DNA of 57,927 bases, counting the filler, from Sphacelaria rigidula (Eukaryota), in NCBI GenBank assembly GCA_964200075.2. It is 5 parts of 5 records of this genome, joined end to end, with 100 filler letters (N's around TTAATTAATTAA, not from the genome) between each part and the next. Parts side by side here need not be neighbours in the genome. Positions count along the whole stretch, not along the records: positions 46,423 to 57,927 come from CAXNAA020004854.1; 4 more parts are not named here. One strand, given 5' to 3'. Each line of letters begins with the position of its first letter. Position 1 is the first letter of the stretch. Under the pieces are notes generated by a model. It was not told where the DNA came from. It saw only the letters and a list, made by a program, of their open reading frames with translations, and did not search any database. Shown one piece after another: positions 48,150-57,927 of this stretch. A program made the position numbers and the translations under genes.

Positions 48150-50770
48150 ACTCGGCTTCCATAAAAGCGATTATACCTACAAAGGATAATAGAGTTCCAG
48201 CTCCTCTCCTGACGGCGGCGACGACGGTGGTCCGCGGGAATAGTTCAGCAAGTTCAGCGGTTCAGCAGCAACGGCCTGTAACGACTTCTGGTGAGAACAG
48301 TTGTCCAAAGCGTGCTGTGAAGTTTACAAGCGGAGTTCTTACCCGATCACAGCGAAGAGCTGATGACTTGTCACGAGATGCAAATCTGAGAGTAGCACCG
48401 GGTGCAAACGTGTCCGCAGTACAGGATGCGCAAGAGAAACGTGTAAAGGAGTCAGTTGAAAGCGTACCGAGGTTTGAACCGGGGCTTTCAGCAGATTCAG
48501 AGCTTGACACTGAGGTGGAAAGAAGCACTACCGAGGAAAACCTCTCGGCGCTTCAGCCACATCGGGTATGACATGACATGCGTACAGATTGATACCTTGG
48601 CTCATGATGACTCGCTCGTTGCATCGAATGTAGACTACGTGGTTAACCCTGAAAGGGATCGAAGCTCGACCGATGAAACAGCTTCGGTGCTTCAAATTCC
48701 CGCTACAGCCGACATGAAATGTGTAGAAAGCCCGACTGCTGGTGGTGCGGCGCTTAGCATAACGAAAGTTGCCGACAGAAGCGAACGAAATCGAACTGTT
48801 GAAGGTTGATTTCCCCAGCCCCTGTGATAAATTGTCGTGAAGTGCCCATTACACCATGCCGGGAGAAAGAAATTTCGCAACTGCCCAGTGATGCGGATGA
48901 AATGCTTGATGGTGTTCGTGCGAAATCATGTGATGTCGGAATGACGACGGGAAATCTTGTACCATTGTCCCGAAATCATGACGACCGAAACGTGAATATC
49001 GAACACAACTGTGGGATGTGTTCATACTCGAGCTCACTCCCTCGTGACTCCTTGCCCCGCCTTCCCACGTCAGGGGTAGAGCAAGGTAGTCTACAGTCAA
49101 CTGCGTCCGGGGTGATTCAGCAAATTATGATGCTCCATTAAACGGAATCACAGTCACGTTCGATCCTGTCTGACATTGAATGTGGTGATGATAACATGAA
49201 CGACACCGTACGTCTGAGTCGAGACCAGCGGCGATCTAGCGGGACGCAGGGGGTACATGCTGCTCCAGTAACACCAGAACTCACGTATCGTACAGAATAT
49301 GGGGCTCAGACCACTAGTGTTCAGTCGGATGGGCGGTTTATGTTGCCCGCGCAACACCGTGAAAGTTTACCAGAACCAGTAGTGACCACGTGCGCTACTT
49401 ATGCTGCTGGTTCTATTGTCCCTTCCCTGCAGACACTAATTATCGCTCGGCAGTCGACGGCAAATCACCGAAATCGAAATCGCCGGCGGTTGGACTGCCC
49501 GGAGTAATGTTTTCCCACACCTCCCGCCCGGAGGAGAACCGCGCCTCCAGCGCGGGTACCACCGCGGAAACTCCGGCTTCTCCTGCTGCGGAGGTAACCC
49601 CACCCGGTAAAATGGTAGCTAATGAGGTTGCATCTTTCGATAACACCGCTCTGGGGGTTGACAAACCAATTACGGTGGTGGAAGATGTGGTGGAGAGCGT
49701 CCATCACCTGTTGGAATCGTTGTCGCATGCGGATAGGTGCCGACTAGTGGGAATTGACGCCGATGATGGAGGTCGCCCGTGTACGACGGTGGCTGCGCCG
49801 GGGGGCGGGGCGGGGCTATACCCCCATTCCGTCGGTTCCGACGAGGCCCATGTTGGCTAGTGAAAAAAATAGAGAGGATGAAGCCATCCTCGGTATAGCG
49901 GCTGCGGTAGCTAGACTAGCGGCAGGACGCACACCTTTTGTGAGGTCTTCGTCCCCATGTAGTGCCACCTCCCCGGGGGATTCAGACACCGATGGAGACG
50001 AGGTTTTCGTTCGAGTGTTGCATAAAGCTGAACTCCTTGCTGCTGCTGCTCGTAGACAAAAGCAGCTGGCAGTCGTTATAAAAAAGGATGAAGAGATGGC
50101 TCGACGGCAGTCCGCATAACCGGACAGTGAAATTGAGGCTCGTCGTTAGCCTACCGCGATGACGTTTATGGCAGCTGGCCCAGACTGGCAGCTGGTAGGA
50201 CGACCCCACAAAACGTACGCTCAAGCGCTGAACGCAATCTCCATCCCGGGTAGTAAATTTTCCAACCCTTCGGTACTAGACAAATCTGTGTTTCCGACGA
50301 TACGTTTTCAGACTGCGAGGCGCGACCGCGTGTGAAGGCGGTTCACGTTTTGAACACGCGAAGGAAGAGTTGGAAGATATTCGAGCTAACAAAGCCTCCT
50401 TAAAAGAGGATCTGGCGGAGGCACGGGACAGGGTAGCAGTCCTAGAACAGCAGCAAATGGAAAGTGTGCAGGCGGAGGTAGAGAAAGAGGCGGAAGTTAG
50501 CGAGGCCCGCAAGGCGCGGGAGGAGGATACCGTTGAACGGGTGCCGGAGGCGAATATTTTGCCTCAGCGGTTGGGCCCATCCTACTCATCGGAATATCAG
50601 CGGGCGGTCAAGGAGCACCGGTCCGCCCCGGCGACCCATGCGGCTGATCCTATCATGCAGGGCCGGTCGGCCGTCCAGATGGCTCCAGTACTTCCGCATC
50701 ATCGCCCGAGTACGGATCGTTCCCAAACGACCGGAGACGATTTATACGCACAATTCCAACCTCTGATGGG
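48150..50770 (+). pseudogene. Intronless frameshifted low-complexity and coiled-coil pseudo-ORF of unknown origin
   Basis: Chain of seven overlapping ORFs in alternating frames with protein-like S/T/E/A composition, ending in coiled coil EELEDIRANKASLKEDLAEARDRVAVLEQQ. Confidence 0.45.
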
Positions 50771-50814
50771 TCTTGCCCTTACGGCGTACCCACGGAAGAA
50801 TAGAGTATTTTTTC

Positions 50815-51335
50815 GGGTATTTACCGTACCCGACAGTTCTATGACTTATGGAAGACTTTCATACCGGTACACGACAGTTCTGTAATCTCTGTTAGACTTT
50901 CAGACCCTTGCCCCATAGTTCTGCGAGTTCAGCAAGCCTCCCGTGCCGTTGCCGGAGGGCACGGGTATGCTCGTGATACGTTGCCCGGTTGCGGGGAAGG
51001 TTTTCTGTGCAATCTTCATAACCTTACTCGACCGTCTCTGTGAGACCCGTAAGCCTCTCATACCCTTACCGAACAATTATGTGAGTTCTGTACAGAATGT
51101 TTACCCGTACCCGGAGCGCGAGTATGCTCGTGAAGAAATACCCGATTGCCGGTACGACTTTTCTGTAAGCCTCCCACGCCATACCCGACAAGTTCTTCAT
51201 GTTGTGTAAGACTTTCAAACGGGTACCCAACAGTAGTTGTGCGATCTCTGTAACACCTTCATAACGGTACCTGATATTTCTGTAAGTCCTGTAAGGGATC
51301 TCACACCCTACAAAACACAACCTTGTAGAATTTAG
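50815..51335 (+). repeat. Degenerate tandem array (acccgacagttctgt..gactttc-like, ~35-40 bp)
   Basis: Recurring gtaccc / agttctg / gactttc motifs. Confidence 0.65.
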
Positions 51336-51631
51336 GTAGCTCACGAGCTGTCCGACGTGTGCAATTTTTGCACCATTCCACGTGGCCCGGGTGGCGCGTA
51401 TTTTGTACCGGAGAAAAGTCCAACGCTGAAAACGAAGCCCAAGGATCGATTGATTGATACCGTTAGGGGTGCGGATCAATCACACCAACAGCAACGTAAT
51501 TTGCTTTTGCAGACGAATCATTCCTCGTCCGACCCTTTCTGTGCTTCAACACAGGTTTCTGCCGCCGGGTAGGTTCGCGGAAACCCTCCTCAACACATAT
51601 ATTTCCGTCTTTCATTCCCTTCTGTGCTCAC

Positions 51632-52081
51632 TTGAGAATACGCTCCGCATTCGCCAGAACCCGCGCGTCGTTCATGTTTTCCCCAACAGTAGCCGCCACA
51701 TGCTTCAAGATGAGCTTGGCCCGGCTCTCCAGCAACGACAGCATGGTCGCCTGTGCTTCCTCCATCGTCAAAGAGAGGGCATCCTAGACAACAACAGACA
51801 GCACAAGAGAATCAACACCATCATAAAAAAATCAACAGCAGCGACGGCAATGAATCCAGTGTAATTTGTGCGAGTACCGAGTACTGAGTACCCGTCCCAC
51901 GAAGAATACAAGGTGCGGTAAATTGAGGCACGGGGAGAATAGACGGATATACAAAACATCGGAAGTCGCATCAAATAGAGTACGACAAAATGGCAAAGCA
52001 AAAACAGCTCACCCTCACCTCCCCAACGAGCCCTTGGCCTGCATCGCCCTCCATTTTGCCGTCGTCGATCATTGTCTCAGC
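51632..52081 (-). CDS. Two internal exons (52013-52081, 51632-51783) of a helical protein, possibly Tic110-like
   Basis: GT-AG, phase 0 join: AETMIDDGKMEGDAGQGLVGEVR|DALSLTMEEAQATMLSLLESRAKLILKHVAAT...ANAERIL; Tic110 resemblance is from memory only. Confidence 0.5.
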
Positions 52082-52284
52082 CTGAAGATCACGAAAAATA
52101 TCAAATTCGAATTCAAATTCAAGTTCAGCAACAAGACGACTTTGAAGGTCAAAATTTTACGATCCTTTCCTGGAAAACCCCGAAGCACCGAAAAACTCAC
52201 ATATTTAGAAGCATGATGAAATACTTCCCGTGTGCACGTACAGGCTGGTTCACGGGGAAAAAACCCAAAAACACTCATCGGCAA

Positions 52285-52990
52285 CACTTCACGCCGTATT
52301 AAGGAGTTAGAACCTGAAATTTTGCACGGGTGTTCAATGGGTCATTACACAACTTAACAAGGTCGAGGCTGTGAATTTTTGAAGTTTTTACCGTTTTTCC
52401 GGGGTCCAAATTTTTCCGAGAAACTTCGATCCAGTCGGACCCCCGTAAAACGGTAAAAAAAAATGAACTATCGAAAAACCTCGCCCATCCAGAGTTGCGT
52501 AATGATCCATAGCACAGTTACGCAAAATTTCAGGGTTTAACTCCTCAAAACGGCGTGAAGTTTTTCGCGTTTGTGCGATGAACCTTGCCGTGCCACGGTG
52601 AAACGGCAAAGTACTAGATTTTAGTATGAAAATGGTGTTTTGGGGGCTTCTTTGACGTGAACATGAAGATTCAAGCACCAGTCAATCGAGTGTGGGGTTC
52701 TTCCTTGGGTTTTGTGGCGACAGAGCGTTCGCGAAAAAAATGAAAGAGAGACCGTACTGCCGGTTTTCTGAGGTCCTAGAATGGACGACTTCCGAAAAAT
52801 AACTTGGACCCCGTGGGACCCCCGAAAAACGGAAAAATTTCAAGAAATGGAGAAACCTCGTTCATCGAAACTTGCGTAATGATTCATGACACATCTGTGC
52901 ACAGGTTCAGGGTCTACCTCCTAATAAATGCGTGAAGAATTGCGCGTTTGTGCGAGGATGTGAGCTTGAAACATGCAAACTCCAAAATAC
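52285..52990. repeat. Foldback repeat (arms 52285-52412 / 52436-52560) plus direct third copy (~52815-52990)
   Basis: cttcacgccgt..aggagtta.aacctgaaattttgc pairs with gcaaaatttcagggtttaactcct..acggcgtgaag. Confidence 0.7.
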
Positions 52991-55900
52991 TTGGTTTGAG
53001 CATGAAAACATCTTTTAGGGTGAATTTCACGTCAAAACAGGAAACATTGCATGAGATTTTCGAGTTTCTTCACCATACTTCGTACATGTGTTCCTTGGAC
53101 CATCCCGGGACGCATTGAGTTGTTATTTTTCCTTTTGAGTCATTCTGTACCGCCTTCCGGGGGTCTTTGTACTGGGACCCCCGGAAGCCGGTAGAGAACG
53201 GAGAAAATTTGAACCCTTGCCAAGAACACATTTTTTTCCATCTGGAGCATCAATACCTACGGAACTGCCAAGTTTGAGCATGAGTTTGAGGATGATCTGA
53301 GCTTTTCTACAACAGATAGAAGGGAAATTGTCACGAGGCTTCCTAAGTCTTTCCTCCGTATCATGAGTGGAAATTAGACGACGCCCAACTCCACATCATC
53401 GAAACATTACGGTTTCGGGTATAATTCGACCCCGTTGGAACCGTTTTCAAATCCGTTTCTCCCGTTAGATCTTTGAGGTGAGGACGGTCGCTACGATATG
53501 AAGAATGTGGAGATTCGGTGGAAATTGGGCTTGGAATTCGTATTTTCGATTTCGGAACAATTTGAAATGCGCTAATTGGTCGAGACACATTTTTGTCCAT
53601 AGCGCCATCGCTATAGCCTTGAAAAAAAACCTGGCTATGTCACCCTCTTCGTCTGTTCATTGCGGTCAGTATGATACCATCTACGCGACTATTGGGTGCG
53701 TATTGCAGAAGGCATTTGCTGATGACAGAATTTGGGTTTTTTTCCGTGAACGAGCCTGTAGATGAGACAGGACAACAACGAGGGAATGATGAGTCCTTTA
53801 GGACCATTTATTTACGGTAAACCTAAAATGGCAAACCATTGAGGAGTTTCGACTAACGACGTAAACATGATCAACGAAACATGACACAAAAACACAAACA
53901 AATCTCAGGTGCTGCGAACACACGTAAAACGCGGCAAACAGCACAAGAAAGATAGCCATGGTTATTTCGTTATTTCTATCATTATTATTTCCGCACATTA
54001 GTCCGATCTCGCGAACCCGTGGTCAAAGACGTAGGCTCGCCTTGCCAATACCGTTTCCTGCTATTCCTTACAAGACACATTACCAAAAATCAAGAAAGAG
54101 ACGCCACGAAAACCGGTGAGAAGTAGCTCCCCCGAATTCAACGGGGAGATAAAAGAAAGAAAGAAAAACAAACAAACACACGAACATCAAACGCCACATC
54201 TGTCAAAAATGTACACCGAAAGAAAGGAAGAGAGAAGATCATAAAAGACAAAACACGGAAAGACAGATGACACAAGGAGATTAGTATGGCCACCATGTTC
54301 GGGATCAACTCAAAAAACAAAAAAGCAACCCCAGACACCCTCATATACGACTACCCAGTGTTATTCATTTTCGATTATATGAAGGCAGTTATATGAAGGC
54401 AGTGTGTGCCGCAGAATATGTACCTTCTAGTAGATACTGTCATATTCCGAGGTTTCAATTGTCTGAGCCCAAGACTGGACATCGTCACGGGAAGAGGGGT
54501 GGGTACTTCCAGGATCAAGAGCTCTCCTCACGGGCGGATAGCGTATGTGGAGGAAGGTGCATCACTTACGAGATATGGAACAGCATAGATTGCAAGTGAT
54601 TTCTACTGAAAAATCGTGCCGTCCTGATTGTACACGACGAAGTTCGTGGAGGGTTATGTACATGCGGGCCCCACCCCGTGCGCACTGGTCTGAACACATA
54701 TGATAAAAGTACAGTACGGCACATCCAACAACAGATTTCAGCACTGTGCGCAGTACACTTTCTTTAAAGCTGAACAGAAATATCTTCTCCATCGTTGTAC
54801 ATTTTCACATATAAAGTTGGGCAGTGAGACCGTGGCTTGTCGCCAAAATATGGCCGAAGTGGAAGTGACGCAATCACCGGAGTATTCAAGTGCAAAGCCA
54901 ATGCGGAGATAATCTAAGTTGATAAGGCTAAAAGAATACCAGTGCAACGCTCACTCTGCCTGCCAGCCTGTTTGCACGGCTGTCCTGGTAGTGGTGGGGC
55001 TATCTGTACCGGGATGTCGCCTGCAGTACTAGGTACACCGGCAAGGGCCCGTCGCGCTACCCACTGGTCGCGCGACAGGAAGTTAATCTTCGACTGTCGA
55101 CCGTTTTGGAGCGGAAAAGTTCGCCTCCCAACCGTCATATATATGACGGACCATTAAAGATGCTTGTTTGCTGGGTTTCTTCGAGCGTTAATCCATACCT
55201 GGACGAAGATTGATGATGAGGTCGGCAGGATCCATGCACAGTCAGCGTGCTCAACTGCCACTGTACCCACTATAATCGTCATCAGACAGCAGGGTTTTAC
55301 CAAAACAAAAATCGGCGCGCGGTGACTATCCACCGTATCGATGCAGACGGGGCCATGAGCGACTTTCCCTGCCGCAGCTGTGACTGTGACACCTTCCTCT
55401 CATACTAATGTACACGTTCTCCAAGTTTCGGCATCATCTGAAACGAGGTGCGGGTTCTCTTCACGCCTAAGTTCCCAAAACACCGCCTCCATATTATCGA
55501 AAAGGAACAACACTGTACCACAGCTGTTCGGAGAACGGCGGCAGCGAGTGTAATGCCCGAATGGACTACAGGTTACTTTTTGGAAGTCCTCGGTCGGCAC
55601 TGGGGGAACTCTAGAGGCAGTACGTCAAAAAACTCCTTAGCTTGGCGTGCTTTGGTTCACGCTGTCATAGACGGAGGTATACATGGTACGGGTGCGACAT
55701 TCCTCGTGTTCGACAAATGTGAGATTTCGCCACATTGATTTCTCGCTTTGCTTTTGCACACGTCGAGAAATGCGGAGACAAACAGGTACAATGTTCCTAG
55801 CCAGAACCGAACCACGGCACAATCCTCTAGGCCAGCTACCTCGCGCCTGGTACATCGGGACAGCAGCTAAATAGCACACATCATCCTGTCGATAGAACGT

Positions 55901-57194
55901 GATCTGGAACAACACACATGTAATCTCGGTATGTTTTATCTATTCGCTTCTGCTCCATTTCTATCACTTTCATAACTTTTGTGCGCGTGCGAGCGAGCCT
56001 GCGCAATGTTCCTGTGGTGAGTCATGCCACGGTAGGGATTGCACATTTCGGCCCAGACCTTTGTCAAAGAGGGGCTCCTTGACCTCGGAGCTGCGCAAGA
56101 ATAGGGGTCAGGACATTCCCGTTTTCAAATCCATTCGGGATATCCCTATTATAGTCTAATGAAACGCCAATCGTCACCACTCGTTTTTTCGGATGAGACA
56201 GACAGATCCTAACAATTCGAACCTCAGAAAATATCTGCGCACCCCTACCGTCGCACCAGTCTGGCGGAGGATACCATTACCACCTAGCTAGCCCCGGCTG
56301 CCTACTGGCCCATGACAACGGCGGTGCACAGACAGATCAAACCAAGATCGAGCCGTACCTCGTCCGATCTTGAGACTCACTGTGTAAGCTTTTATTACAT
56401 GCAAAATATCGACCAGCATCAACATCGGATCAATGGATACCAGGAGAACACAGACAGTTTCCAGTGCCACCATCGCAATCATCGTAAATTTTCGGCGGCC
56501 ACACCCACGTGACCGCTACAAGCCTTCGTTTACCTCTTCTTTTTCAAAACAGTGAAGGAAGGGCCAGGCAATGAAAATGAGTGTGGCACATGTATGATCA
56601 CAGAACACAAAACGTAAGCAATATGACGCAAGAAGAAATGAAGCGGTAGAAGCGATAGCGTTTTTCCGATTCAAGAGAGTCAGATTTCCCGCTAAAAATG
56701 ACTCTTGGTTCTCCGCGGTTGTCACGCCCAAGATTGATATACGACCTCCGCAATGAATCATGGCGCATGGCAAACGGTTGGAATGATTCTGATGCATACA
56801 CCATTGTCGAACATCCGATATGAGGAGGGGGGAAATGCCCCGGGGAATAGCGTATAGCAGGTCTGATGCGATTGTCCGCGGTAGGTTCCAAAGCTCTTGT
56901 AATAGATATAGACGTATATTTCCTTCAAGTCCTGGCAACAGTTTTGTGTGAGAAAAAAAAATCACGGAAACTCAGTTCATTTCCCAGGCTTATCCTGCAG
57001 GGGACAGCGCATTATATGAAAAACTATGGGCCCGGGGGTAACGAACTGCAATAGCATGTCGGGAACTCGAACTTTTGTATATCGAGTTATTCTAAATTAC
57101 TCGGGACTTTCGATTACGTAACATGAAGCAGTGCACACTTCAAGTTTGCAATGAATTTTGTAATCCTAGGTGACAAAGTAACTACTACAATATA

Positions 57195-57580
57195 CATGTA
57201 CAGGCCGTGTATTTTGCCAACAGTACGAGGTTACAAGTACTGGCTGTACTTTGCAAACAAAGTACAGGTGCAGGCTGTACTTGTCACCTTGTACTACTGT
57301 ATTTCCGACTACAGACTGTACTTACTCTGCAAGCACAGTAGTGCAAGGTCGCAAGTGCAGCCTGTACTCTGCAAGCGCAGCTATACTTGCGAATACAGCT
57401 GTACTCGCGAGCGCACGAATGCAGTGCACGGTTACAAGTACAGGCTGTACTTGCGAACACGGTATACGATAGTACGAGGTAATTGCTGTAGTTTGCAAAT
57501 ACAACAGACAATATTAGTACAAGGACACAAACACTCTGTACTTTGCACACACAGTACAGTATTATAGTACGAGGTAGCCA
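57195..57580. repeat. Degenerate satellite (gtacaggctgtacttg / agtacgaggt motifs)
   Basis: Seen directly. Confidence 0.75.
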
Positions 57581-57927
57581 ATAATTTGTTCGCGATAACG
57601 GGAGGCAGGCTCCCATTTGGCAGCGGTTATGTGGGCAGTGTCTTTAGTTCTACACCGTCTTGACTGTAAGGTTCAAGGCTACATGCAGATACACGTGCAT
57701 GGTAGTGCATGCAGATGCAGAGGATATGATTTCTGCCTGCACTATGGCACACGTGCCGGCTCCACTTCGTTTGCAAACACCCGTGCGAGCTGGGCCAGCC
57801 GAGAGGCGGATTTGGAGTTGGCAGGGGAATGCGTCGGGCAATATTTAGAGTTGGAGCGTAAAACTTGGTATGGACAATGCATAGGGAATAAAAGTAAAGA
57901 TAAACGAGTGTACCATTTGGTTTGTTT

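Noticed and set aside
54600-57000. Possible further exons or transposon remnants
   Set aside because: Some AG...GT bounded open segments, but no phase-consistent model or recognisable motif.

Overview
Eukaryotic, intron-rich, repeat-rich genomic DNA; gene content and intron style suggest a stramenopile, probably a brown alga (inference). It is not one locus: five unlinked contigs of 11,505-11,506 bp (1-11506, 11607-23112, 23213-34717, 34818-46322, 46423-57927) are joined by artificial N44-TTAATTAATTAA-N44 linkers. Contig 1 holds a decayed Ty3/gypsy retrotransposon (CCCH-finger Gag, PR, RT, RNaseH, integrase with chromo-like plus Tudor-like tail, one candidate LTR) and a Cys-rich ORF, all bracketed by ~160-bp inverted repeats. 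Contig 2 has five exons of a TMF1-like golgin with introns full of hAT MITEs, two of which carry inverted 5S rRNA fragments. Contig 3 has a 7-exon ankyrin / EF-hand / C2 gene whose C2 strands are spread over ~800 aa. Contig 4 has MED22 convergent with the 3' end of an EML-type WD40 gene. Contig 5 has two exons of a possible Tic110-like gene and a frameshifted pseudo-ORF. A ~65-75 nt structured repeat next to G/C runs, some copies with Helitron-type ends, occurs about ten times in four contigs. All calls are by eye; no searches were run.
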